Below, one piece after another: positions 8,226 through 16,309 of a stretch of 57,435 nucleotides of DNA. The notes under the pieces are model-generated. The model had not been told where the DNA came from, did no database searches, and saw nothing but the letters and a program-made list of their open reading frames with translations. The stretch lies in IMG/VR virus record IMGVR_UViG_3300045004_000084; one strand, written 5' to 3'. Source of the DNA: a virus. Taxonomy: Duplodnaviria > Heunggongvirae > Uroviricota > Caudoviricetes. The translations under genes were made by a program, and so were the position numbers. Position 1 is the stretch's first letter. Each line of letters begins with the position of its first letter.

Positions 8226-8624
8226 TTAGGGCTTGATGATGTAGTAGGCGTCGTGGACTTCGGCCGACTCCGGCTCGAACCACACACCGAACACCAGCAC
8301 GTCGGGATTCATCGGCTTGCTGGTCTCGAGTACCACGATCCGCATCCACAGGTTGTTGAACACCTGCCAGTCGCTCTCGAACACCGCGTCAATATCGCCG
8401 TGGTCGTACAGCGCGTATGCCTGGTCGGCGGACTCTTTGCGTTCGGTGCCCATAGTTCCGGGCGCCACGACCTCACGGAACCTAGCCAAAGCCAGTAGTA
8501 GAGACGTCGCGATGTGGTTGCATTTGTCGACGTCCATCATCACCGCCGGCGGCACCACGGTCTGCATGTGCTGCCAGAATGTCTCCGACGCTTCTTTAAT
8601 CCCCGACAGGAGTTTCGGTTCCAT
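8226..8624 (-). CDS. Hypothetical protein (132 aa)
   Basis: SD GGAG, protein-like composition. Confidence 0.6.
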   Translation of the reverse strand: MEPKLLSGIKEASETFWQHMQTVVPPAVMMDVDKCNHIATSLLLALARFREVVAPGTMGTERKESADQAYALYDHGDIDAVFESDWQVFNNLWMRIVVLETSKPMNPDVLVFGVWFEPESAEVHDAYYIIKP

Positions 8625-8844
8625 CGGTGTTCTCCGGATAGATTGGACAGCCGGCCGCTTTCCATCGTAGAACTTCGGGAAAGGTACTCATATCGACGGC
8701 CCATGTCGGCGGGTACAGACGGCGGGACAGCGTGCCGTCTGGCTCCAGCACCTGACAGCCTGGGTACAGTTGGGCCACTGCGAATGCGGCAAGACGGCCG
8801 ACCGACTCATGCACTACCTGACCATTGAATATGACCTTGTACAT
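8596..8844 (-). CDS. Hypothetical protein (82 aa)
   Basis: SD GGAGG before the ATG. Confidence 0.55.
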   Translation of the reverse strand: MYKVIFNGQVVHESVGRLAAFAVAQLYPGCQVLEPDGTLSRRLYPPTWAVDMSTFPEVLRWKAAGCPIYPENTDGTETPVGD

Positions 8845-8900
8845 AGCCGCCTCCAGTTAAGCCCTGTGAAACTGCGTGAAGCCGTCGAGGCAGTCGTCTT

Positions 8901-10592
8901 TCACACTGCCTCGCTGGTGGCGTCGGTGTAGTCGGGCACCAGCTCCGCCAGCGCTCGCTTCATCTTGGCCGTGCGGTCGGCGTCCTTGAGGGCGTTCTTC
9001 GACGCTTTCCCGGCCGCTTTCAGCACATTCGGATACACAATCAGACAGTGATTGACGAAATCCCCGAGGTGGTCGCGCGTCTTGTCGTGGAACGCTTCGT
9101 AGAACTCCGGCCCGTGGACGTGCGAGGAACTGTCGGGCTCGTGATGGCACAACTCGTGGATCAGAAGCCGACCGAGCTCGACGAATCCACGGACGTCGAA
9201 CTTCAGCGCCGACAAGAACGAGCGGTCGATGGCGATGTACGTCCGGCCGTCGGTCCATCCGTTGGCCCCGGTGCTCGACCCCACCATCAGGCGCCGACGG
9301 ATCTCACGCCAGTCGCGGTAACCGTCGGCCAGCTTGGAGACGGACCGCTCGGCGATGTCGATCCACACTTTCTCGTTCGCCTTCCACTCCTTCTGGTCGA
9401 CGATCTGGAACTCGTCGGTCATGCCGACAGACAGTTCCTTGAAGTCGACCACCGTCGGCTTCTCCCTGCGGCCGTACCGGTCGAGCATGTCCCACGCGTA
9501 TTCGACCACCTTCGCCAGGCTCTTGCCGAAACGCTCGAGCGTTTCGGTCGATAGGACGAATGCCACCTTCTGCTGATGCAGTCGATCGCCGACCTGCGAG
9601 CCCTGGTTGCAGCTCGTGATCTTCGCGTTGTAGCTGTGGATCGTATCGGCGATTTCGTAGGCGCTGAAGTGGCGTCCGGTGACGGACGTGAACAGCTTCA
9701 GGTTCTTGGCGTCCGGGGGCGCGTTACCCTGGACGACGAGGTCGGTCATCCGCTGGCGCTGACCGTCGTTGAGCTGCTTCTTCTTGGTCGCCTTCTCCTG
9801 GGCCTTCTTCTCGACGAACGGCTTGATCTTCCGCCAGACCTCGCAGTCCGACTGTACGTCGTTGCGAGCAAAATTCACCTTCAGCCGCTCCTTCGTGACG
9901 ATCAGACCGCCGGTACCGAACCGGTAGTTGCCGATGTCCATCGTGTGGACACCGAGGTTGTACACGGACAGCGAGCCCGAGTCGTTGAGGCGGATGTACG
10001 CCTCCGGTGTGACGTGGTCCCACTTCTCCTCGGCCGGGTCGATGTTGACCTTCTCCTTGTTGATGTACACCTCGACCTTCGGAGTGTACCGCGTCCACTT
10101 CTTGATCGTCCGTTCGGTCTCGGCCAAGTCGCCGAGGAACATCGGCTGGTACAGCTCGATCTCGATCCGGCACCCGTCGACCTTGAGTCCTTTCTCCTCG
10201 AGCTGGTAGTCGAGACCGTCTTTCTTGATGTCCACGTTCATCTCGAACGGCCCGGTCCGCCACCGGTTTTTGCCGTAGGCGAACATCTGGCCTCGCCCCA
10301 TGCGGAACGTGCCGTAGGTCTTGCCCTCCGAGTCCTCGTGCGGGGCGCCGAAAGTCTCGAAAAACGTCTCGATTTCCTTGCGCTTGGTAATCCCGCCGCC
10401 GTCGTCGGCGATCACTACACCGATCTCGGTGATATCGACCCGGCACACCTTCGCGCCGGCATCGACCGAGTTCATGACGCCCTCGAGGATGGCCTTCGAG
10501 AGCGACCCGGCCTGCCGCTGGATCACGTCCAGCAGCAGTTTCGGGTGCATGCCGAACCGGCGAGTCTCTTGATTTTTGCTTGTCGCGGGCAT
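8901..10592 (-). CDS. GHKL (HSP90/MORC-like) ATPase fused to a C-terminal HExxH metallopeptidase-like domain
   Basis: E..MNSVDA, DDGGG and G.FRMG Bergerat-fold motifs; C-terminal HELCHHEPDSSSHVHGPEFY. Confidence 0.75.
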   Translation of the reverse strand: MPATSKNQETRRFGMHPKLLLDVIQRQAGSLSKAILEGVMNSVDAGAKVCRVDITEIGVVIADDGGGITKRKEIETFFETFGAPHEDSEGKTYGTFRMGRGQMFAYGKNRWRTGPFEMNVDIKKDGLDYQLEEKGLKVDGCRIEIELYQPMFLGDLAETERTIKKWTRYTPKVEVYINKEKVNIDPAEEKWDHVTPEAYIRLNDSGSLSVYNLGVHTMDIGNYRFGTGGLIVTKERLKVNFARNDVQSDCEVWRKIKPFVEKKAQEKATKKKQLNDGQRQRMTDLVVQGNAPPDAKNLKLFTSVTGRHFSAYEIADTIHSYNAKITSCNQGSQVGDRLHQQKVAFVLSTETLERFGKSLAKVVEYAWDMLDRYGRREKPTVVDFKELSVGMTDEFQIVDQKEWKANEKVWIDIAERSVSKLADGYRDWREIRRRLMVGSSTGANGWTDGRTYIAIDRSFLSALKFDVRGFVELGRLLIHELCHHEPDSSSHVHGPEFYEAFHDKTRDHLGDFVNHCLIVYPNVLKAAGKASKNALKDADRTAKMKRALAELVPDYTDATSEAV

Positions 10593-10602
10593 GTGTTGTC
10601 CT

Positions 10603-10649
10603 GGTTAAAGGGGAAGGGAGGGCCGGCCGGGGTTTTGGCCCCGGCCGGC
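10603..10649 (-). promoter_or_regulatory. Hairpin plus motif B (minus strand TCCCCTTTAACC)
   Basis: 11-bp perfect stem at 10622-10649; motif at 10603-10614, 11 nt before the GHKL ATG. Confidence 0.55.
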
Positions 10650-10674
10650 TGATAACGCCCGGGTCTGTTCTCGG

Positions 10675-11421
10675 TCACAACACCGTCAAGGACAGCCGAC
10701 CGCCTTCGCGCAGGCTCTGACTCTGGCGCTCGGGCTTCTGCACGTTTCTGGGACACAGCCCGCAGTCGGTGCAGGTAATGTGGCTGTCCTTGCCGTTCTC
10801 GTGCGGACAAACCGGCCGGCCTTTCACCGACCGGAGCACCGTCGAACGACTCGGGTAGTCGCGGAAAATGAGGTCGACGTAACGGTTGTCGATGGAGTCC
10901 GCGTCCTCATCGTCGACCGCCAGGTACGCGATCCTCACGTTCTGCGGGATGACCGCCGGATACCCAGTGGACTTGTCGACCGAGAACCACACCGCCACGT
11001 TGGGCAGGAGGGCCATCTCGGCGAACAGCTCGGTGTACCCGGGTTCTCGCCAGGAACGGGAGTAGAAGTAGAACCGAGTGTCGGGGCACTCGCGCATGGC
11101 ACGCAGCCAAGCCCGGGCGTATTTCTTGGAGAAGAAGTCCCCGGAGACGTGAATACGCAGGACCTTGATCTTGCGGGCCTTGATTTGACCGATCAACCAC
11201 TCCGCGAACTCCGGCTTTCGGGCGAGTTCGAGGTTGCCCTCGTACTTCTTCTGGAACCCCTTCATCCGGGACCGCATCGCGTAGCAACGGATCGGGCCAC
11301 CCGGATAGAGCTCGGCCGTGCAGACCTCGCTCCGTCCGGGGCATGTAGTGATTGCCGGCAACGACCAGGTTTTGACGCCATTACCCAGTTTCGAGTTGCC
11401 GCTTCTAATTCCGAGAACCAT
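10675..11421 (-). CDS. GP88-family (radical-SAM-like, Cys-rich) phage protein
   Basis: GNSKLG, WSLPA..TCPG, CYA, RIHVSGDF and FYFYSR motifs; C-terminal CPH...CTDCGLC; SD GAGG. Confidence 0.7.
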   Translation of the reverse strand: MVLGIRSGNSKLGNGVKTWSLPAITTCPGRSEVCTAELYPGGPIRCYAMRSRMKGFQKKYEGNLELARKPEFAEWLIGQIKARKIKVLRIHVSGDFFSKKYARAWLRAMRECPDTRFYFYSRSWREPGYTELFAEMALLPNVAVWFSVDKSTGYPAVIPQNVRIAYLAVDDEDADSIDNRYVDLIFRDYPSRSTVLRSVKGRPVCPHENGKDSHITCTDCGLCPRNVQKPERQSQSLREGGRLSLTVL

Positions 11422-11490
11422 GACCGCCTCTTGGTGTAGTACCGTCGCCCCACGGGCCGTACACACCTCCGCCATGGCGGTGTAGATTGA

Positions 11491-11910
11491 TCACTGAGCC
11501 GCCGGCGAGTCACCGAGCGATGTGCTCGACTCGGGTAATTCCTTCGGCGGCGTGTAGATGATCGTCACGCGCGTGACGATCTTCACGTCGTGGCTGCTGC
11601 GTACTCGATCGCACATCATTCGTACCGCCGCCCGCCGCGCGTCGTCGATGGTGATGGAGTCGACCACTTTACGGTTGCGACTGCCCGAATTCTTCTTGGC
11701 CCATGCCACCAGCTTGTCGTCGGCGACCATCGCCGGCTTCAGCTTGCTGACCAGAGCGTCGAGGTCGCACGTTCCGCCCAGCTCGATGATCGCGGCCATG
11801 ACGCCGGCGGACGTCATTCCGGTGTCCGTCGACCCTGGTCGATTCTGGAGCTTCGGCTTGCTCGCTCGGCCGAGGCGCATCTTGGCAGGCGGCTTCAGCT
11901 TGTAGAACAT
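11491..11910 (-). CDS. Hypothetical basic protein (139 aa), possibly the C-terminal part of a frameshifted 11491-12130 gene
   Basis: Open frame extends upstream to 11973; SD-like GAGGG before the ATG at 11910. Confidence 0.5.
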   Translation of the reverse strand: MFYKLKPPAKMRLGRASKPKLQNRPGSTDTGMTSAGVMAAIIELGGTCDLDALVSKLKPAMVADDKLVAWAKKNSGSRNRKVVDSITIDDARRAAVRMMCDRVRSSHDVKIVTRVTIIYTPPKELPESSTSLGDSPAAQ

Positions 11911-12130
11911 CTGCCCGCCCTCTTCCTTCGTCTCGGCGATAGACGCGGGAAGATGGGCCAGCACGTCCTGCACCGGGGTCGTATGCCCGCTCGCCGCCCT
12001 TCAGGTGCTTCTTAACCCCGGTGCGGCAGTTCATCACCCGTGTCTCGCCGGTCGTCCGCTTGACGAATTCGACCGTCAAGAAAGTGCCGTTACTGTGTTC
12101 GATGATGGTTGCCGCTTCTTCCGTTGTCAT
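11669..12130 (-). CDS. Conserved phage protein N-terminus (F.K..TGE.R.MNCR.GVKKHLKGG..YDP); C-terminus uncertain, probable frameshift near 11975
   Basis: SD TAGGAG. After YDP the frame becomes low-quality and overlaps the next gene by about 240 nt. Confidence 0.5.
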   Translation of the reverse strand: MTTEEAATIIEHSNGTFLTVEFVKRTTGETRVMNCRTGVKKHLKGGERAYDPGAGRAGPSSRVYRRDEGRGRADVLQAEAACQDAPRPSEQAEAPESTRVDGHRNDVRRRHGRDHRAGRNVRPRRSGQQAEAGDGRRRQAGGMGQEEFGQSQP

Positions 12131-12139
12131 TCGTTCGCT

Positions 12140-12175
12140 CCTAGTAGGTGTTGTGTTGTCGTTACACCTACTAGG
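12140..12175. repeat. Perfect 12-bp inverted repeat overlapping the SD of the 12130 gene
   Basis: CCTAGTAGGTGT-N12-ACACCTACTAGG. Confidence 0.8.
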
Positions 12176-12187
12176 CATTGGGCAGGG

Positions 12188-12406
12188 TCATTCGTCGTAG
12201 TCGATGCTCTTGACGAACGGGATGCCCAACTCGGTCGCCAGTTCTTGCCCCAGCGCGAGCAGCGCATCCCATTCGCTCCGGTCGTCGTCTTCCATGTCGC
12301 ACGATGCCAGAACGAATTCCTTGCCGCTCGCGGTGATGAGGAACGCACCGGCGAGCAGTTGGTACGAATCCTCATCGTCCAGTTCTTTCACTTCAACCCG
12401 TGCCAT
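12188..12406 (-). CDS. Hypothetical acidic protein (72 aa)
   Basis: SD TAGGAG. Confidence 0.65.
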   Translation of the reverse strand: MARVEVKELDDEDSYQLLAGAFLITASGKEFVLASCDMEDDDRSEWDALLALGQELATELGIPFVKSIDYDE

Positions 12407-12683
12407 TCGTTGCTCCTAGACGGGCGGCCTGTAGCACATCCGCCAGCGGCCGTCCTTCGACGGCCCCGACGTTCTTGTACCGGTAGTAGCGGACCGCAAG
12501 ATCGTTGGGCAGGTCCGAGCCCAGGGTGGCGGCCATCCCGGCGGCCGTCCACCACTTCCCGTCGAGGAACTTGGCGTACAGGTGCTCTCGACGCACCGGG
12601 TTCCTCTGCTTGTCGGGCTTCTTCTCGGATTCTTCGTCTTCCTGTGCAGGCTTGGTGCCGAGAAGGGTAACTTCCTGGCTCAT
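12393..12683 (-). CDS. Hypothetical protein (96 aa), possible winged-helix
   Basis: SD GGAGGAG; W..AAGMAATLG segment is HTH-like (weak). Confidence 0.6.
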   Translation of the reverse strand: MSQEVTLLGTKPAQEDEESEKKPDKQRNPVRREHLYAKFLDGKWWTAAGMAATLGSDLPNDLAVRYYRYKNVGAVEGRPLADVLQAARLGATNGTG

Positions 12684-12687
12684 GCAC

Positions 12688-13738
12688 TCACTCCTCCACA
12701 GAGCGGAGCGCCTTCGAGAGGCGGTTCCGCAGGTTGGTCGTGGTCTTGATGAACGTCTCGCGCTTCTCGCCCTTGAACATGTCCTTGAGGTCCGCCTTGT
12801 CCAGCGTCTCAGTGGTCTTGTAGCAGCGAGTCAGCTCGCCGAGGATCACGGTCTCGGCCGTCGGCTTCGGACGGACACCGTTACCCTCGGCCTTCTGTTT
12901 CTTCTTGGCCTCGGCGTTGGCCTTCAACTCGCCCTCGATCTTGTGGAGCTCGGCCCGCTGGGTGGTCTCGTCGAACGGCTTCACCTCACGGAGCCGACGG
13001 AACACCTGCTCGAGCTGCTCCTTCGTCGGCTTGTCGGACCGGGTCATCAGCCGTGCCACGTCCAGCACGATCAACTGGGACACCGACCGGCCGTAGAACG
13101 CCTGGTTAAGGCTTTCCGTGACACCGTCGGGCAGCTTCTCGCCGCCCGGCACGAACGTGTCCGGCTGGCTCATGAGCGTACGGAACTCGCTGGCGGAGAC
13201 TTTCCGCTTCAGCTTCTTGTGGTCCAACGACAGGTTGGCGGCCATCGTGATGAGATCCGCCGGCTCGCCGTTGTCGTGCAGCCGGCGGATCTCCTCGACC
13301 GCCCGCTCCAGTCGCTCCTCGGTCGACAGGCCCGAGCCCTCGAACGCGTTGTCGATCACGGCCAACTGGAACCGGGTGGACCGGCCGACTCCGAGGACGA
13401 CGTAGCCCGTCCACGGTCTTGACACCAGCTTCCTTGCACCCCCCAGATCGGTGGAATCCGCCGAGGCACTCCAACTTCTTGTTGGTCTCGCTCAGCAGTA
13501 GGCCGGGCAGCTCGAGGCCAGTCGCCGCGATCTTGAAGGCGATGTCCGAGGCGCGGGTTTCGTCGACTTTCGCCGCCAGACGCGACGGGTTGCGGTCGAA
13601 GTAGATGTCGGCCAGCTTGATGCCGGGCCGCCAGTCCCAGTCGACCTCGAGGTGGTTCAGCTTGGCCTCGAGGTTGAGATTCCGGGTCCAGACGACCTGG
13701 CCGGGCTTCAGGGAGGTGGCGGTGGTGTTGGTGCTCAT
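12688..13738 (-). CDS. ParB/Srx-like domain protein interrupted by an apparent +1 frameshift at about 13406
   Basis: N-part MSTNTT...LECLGGFHRSGGCKEAGVKTVDG continues in another frame as YVVLGVG...; removing one G from GACGGGCTAC gives a continuous 349-aa ORF. SD GGAG before 13738. Confidence 0.6.
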
Positions 13739-14044
13739 GCGAGCATTCTCCAGGTTGGAAGTAGCACAGCCGGACACGAGTCCGACATGGTCTCGGACCC
13801 GGACCCGCAACGGCAGCGTCTCCACGATCCTCGGTGTAGGAGGGACGTCCTGCTTCCACTCCCCTTGTGTCTGCACGTTGACCGGCGTACCTTCGAGCTC
13901 CCTGATGTACGCGTACACGCGGTTCCAAGTCGCCGACCACTTGTCGAACAGTATCTGGTTTTTGACCCGAAGGTCTTCGGCCAGTCGCGCTCGCTCGTCG
14001 TCGATCTTCTTTCTCGCTTCAATGACCTTGTTCAACATGGACAT
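13739..14044 (-). CDS. Hypothetical protein (about 102 aa), in frame with the ParB-like gene and lacking a stop
   Basis: SD GAGG before MSMLNKVIEARKK; the downstream ATG has its own SD. Confidence 0.5.
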
Positions 14045-14052
14045 TTCGTGCC

Positions 14053-14592
14053 TCACAGATCAAGCCCCCGTTGCTGTACTTCGTACTCCGTCAAGTCGAC
14101 GTAGTTCTTGAGATACTTCGCTGTTTCCCTGATGACCGCCGGGCTGTGCCACAGAGCGTCGTCGTGTAGACTGCGCCAGCACGCGTCGTCTTCCAGGTAT
14201 GTACGCTTAACCTTGTCGTCGGCCCAGGTTCGCCAGTGGATGATCCACCCCATCTTGAAGTACTCGGTGCCGTCGCTATGCACCACGAACATCTCGATGG
14301 GGAACACCCGGTCGTCTCCGAGCGGCTCGGCCGTTAGGGACTCGATGCGGCGGACCGACAAACTACGATGGATCGTGTGGCCGGCGTCGTTCTTGCGGGG
14401 CTCCAGCTTGAGACCGTCCAGATCCTTCAGTTGGAGGGCAACGGTTTCGTAGGTGTTGCGGAACGCTTGCCACCGCTTGATCTTCTTGAGCTGCGACTCC
14501 TCGCGACTCCTCTGGTGCTCGCGCTTCTGCTCGAGCGCCAGTTTCAGGATTTCGTCCCTGAGCGTGGTGATCGTAACAGATGGGTTGCTCAC
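14053..14592 (-). CDS. Hypothetical protein (179 aa) ending in RGLDL
   Basis: GTG start overlapping the upstream TGA. Confidence 0.7.
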   Translation of the reverse strand: MSNPSVTITTLRDEILKLALEQKREHQRSREESQLKKIKRWQAFRNTYETVALQLKDLDGLKLEPRKNDAGHTIHRSLSVRRIESLTAEPLGDDRVFPIEMFVVHSDGTEYFKMGWIIHWRTWADDKVKRTYLEDDACWRSLHDDALWHSPAVIRETAKYLKNYVDLTEYEVQQRGLDL

Positions 14593-14858
14593 AGGTCGAT
14601 TCCGGGGCGGTTGCCTTCGGGCACGACAGCCGTGTCCTCGGCCCCCTTCGAGGACACCGCCCTCACCGCGATCACAACGCGCCGGTTGGCCCGCTTGGAG
14701 CGGACGAGAGTGGTTTTGCCGCCGTCCTCCTTCGGGTGGGCCTTGATCGCCCGTACCCCGTCCAGGCGGACGGGAATCGCGGTGCCGTCCTCGAGGAGGA
14801 CGTACACCTCGTCGTTGACGTACTTGGCGAGCTTCTTCGACAGGGTCTTCGCTTTCAT
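14589..14858 (-). CDS. Hypothetical basic protein (89 aa) ending in RPGIDL
   Basis: ATGA coupling upstream and GTGA coupling downstream. Confidence 0.7.
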   Translation of the reverse strand: MKAKTLSKKLAKYVNDEVYVLLEDGTAIPVRLDGVRAIKAHPKEDGGKTTLVRSKRANRRVVIAVRAVSSKGAEDTAVVPEGNRPGIDL

Positions 14859-15127
14859 GCCACCGGCTCCGGAAGGTTGTGGTCGATGAGCCACTGGACC
14901 TCGGCGGCCAGGGCATCAACTCGCAGTTTGAACGGTCCGAGCTTCGGCCCACGGCACGGCGCCATGTCCGCGTACCAGACCGTCTCTCCGTCGACCGTCT
15001 CCGGCTCGACGTGTGAGGCCCGCTTGATCGTCGACGAGCCCAGCTCCAAAAGCGGCGCCAGCTCGTCGTAGTAAAGGAAGTGGATCATCCCGTCGGGGGT
15101 GATGTCGATGGTGAAGGTCTGGCTCAT
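14855..15127 (-). CDS. Conserved RASHVEP protein of the planctomycete DUF1257/DUF2997 module
   Basis: LYYDEL..L.ELG...IKRASHVEP...W.ADM.P..GP.LGPF..R..AL.AEV.WL; SD AGGAG. Confidence 0.75.
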   Translation of the reverse strand: MSQTFTIDITPDGMIHFLYYDELAPLLELGSSTIKRASHVEPETVDGETVWYADMAPCRGPKLGPFKLRVDALAAEVQWLIDHNLPEPVA

Positions 15128-15147
15128 CGCAGACTCCTGAAAACGGA

Positions 15148-15172
15148 AGGGCCGCCCAACTCGGGCGGCCCT
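15148..15172 (-). terminator. Probable intrinsic terminator
   Basis: 10-bp stem AGGGCCGCCC/GGGCGGCCCT followed by TCCGTTTT on the minus strand. Confidence 0.55.
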
Positions 15173-15200
15173 CCCTGGCCCCACCTCTCCGCCGCCTCGA

Positions 15201-15398
15201 TCAGCTTTGGCCGATCTTCACCGTCTGCTGTGTCGGCGCGTTGTATTCGGACTTGCGCTCCGTGTCCACCACCTTGCCGAGCGCCTGCTCGATGTCCTTC
15301 GTCAGCAGCGAGCAGCCGCTGCCCTTCATGCCGTCGACCTCGATGGTCACGTTGCCCTTCTCGTCGATCTCGATCGTAATGATCGGATTCTGAGTCAT
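15201..15398 (-). CDS. DUF2997-family protein (65 aa)
   Basis: ITIEIDEKGNVTIEVDGMKGSGC..LTKDIEQALG.V..E.K.EY; own SD AAGGAG 6 nt upstream; in frame with the upstream ORF. Confidence 0.75.
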   Translation of the reverse strand: MTQNPIITIEIDEKGNVTIEVDGMKGSGCSLLTKDIEQALGKVVDTERKSEYNAPTQQTVKIGQS

Positions 15399-15827
15399 GT
15401 CGGCTCCTTTCCGCCAGAGGCGGATTTTGATGGTTTCCCTTTCGGCGATCACCTTGCGATCGAGGCCGGCGGCCTCGGCGAATTGTCGAACCGTCTCCAT
15501 GACGATGGCAGCTTTGAAGTGCCTGCCTTCGTAGCCGATGCGGGACGTGAGACCCCAGCCCTCACGGAAGTCGTCCCACACGAGAGTGTACGGCCCCTGA
15601 CCGAAAACGCCCACCACGGCCGGCGGGCGGTTGAACCCCAGATTGACATCGGCCGGTAGCCGGAAGACGCCGATCTGGGGGCCGGCCGGCGTCGGATCCG
15701 CCTCGCCGTCCCTCAGGAACGGCGCGTAGTCCCAGCGGCGTTCGCCGGTGGTGTCTAGCACCATACCACAGGAGAGTGCCGCTTCCGTGGCGATGCTCAG
15801 GGTTTCTGCGGTTGTCGTGTGAATCAT
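15399..15827 (-). CDS. Divergent DUF1257 (Ycf35)-like protein, fused in frame to DUF2997 as sequenced
   Basis: YTLVWDDFREGWGLTSRIG...ETVRQFAEAAGL...IKIRL resembles the DUF1257 C-terminal half. Confidence 0.5.
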
Positions 15828-15843
15828 AGCCGTCCCGTTCTGG

Positions 15844-16224
15844 TCATTTCTGTGCCTGGATGCGGATGCGTCCTTCGGCAGTGGTTTCCTGAGAAAGGAT
15901 CCGCAACCCCTTGGTCTTGACCTTCTGCACGACGGCTTCGGCAGCGTAGAGCTGCGACAGCTTGTCGAGGTGCTTCTGGTCGCCCCAGTTGCCGCCGTAG
16001 TTGTCGAACTCCACGGTCCCGTCGGTCTTGATGATGACGGGGTAGTTCCAGCTCTTGAACTTCACAACGGCAGCACCCTTCGTGGTGCCCTGGTAGAGCC
16101 GGCCCTCGATCTCCTGACCCTTCTCGGCGACCTTGATCTCCGCGACCTCGTCGAACTTTTCGCACGCCTTCTTGAGCGCTTCGATGTCGTAGATCTCGGT
16201 CTTGATCGTCGTCTTGTGGCTCAT
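15844..16224 (-). CDS. DUF1257 (Ycf35-like) protein, planctomycete type
   Basis: MSH.TTIKTEI.D..AL..AC, W.YPVII..DG.V.FDNYGG.WG.Q..LD.L.Q.YA.E, G.I.I; SD GAGG. Confidence 0.8.
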   Translation of the reverse strand: MSHKTTIKTEIYDIEALKKACEKFDEVAEIKVAEKGQEIEGRLYQGTTKGAAVVKFKSWNYPVIIKTDGTVEFDNYGGNWGDQKHLDKLSQLYAAEAVVQKVKTKGLRILSQETTAEGRIRIQAQK

Positions 16225-16309
16225 CGCCGCCTCGTTTGGAATGTCGACCTGAGGCCGACTCGTAATGGAATCGACCGGAGCCACAGTGGCTCCGGCCAGG
16301 AGGGTTTCG

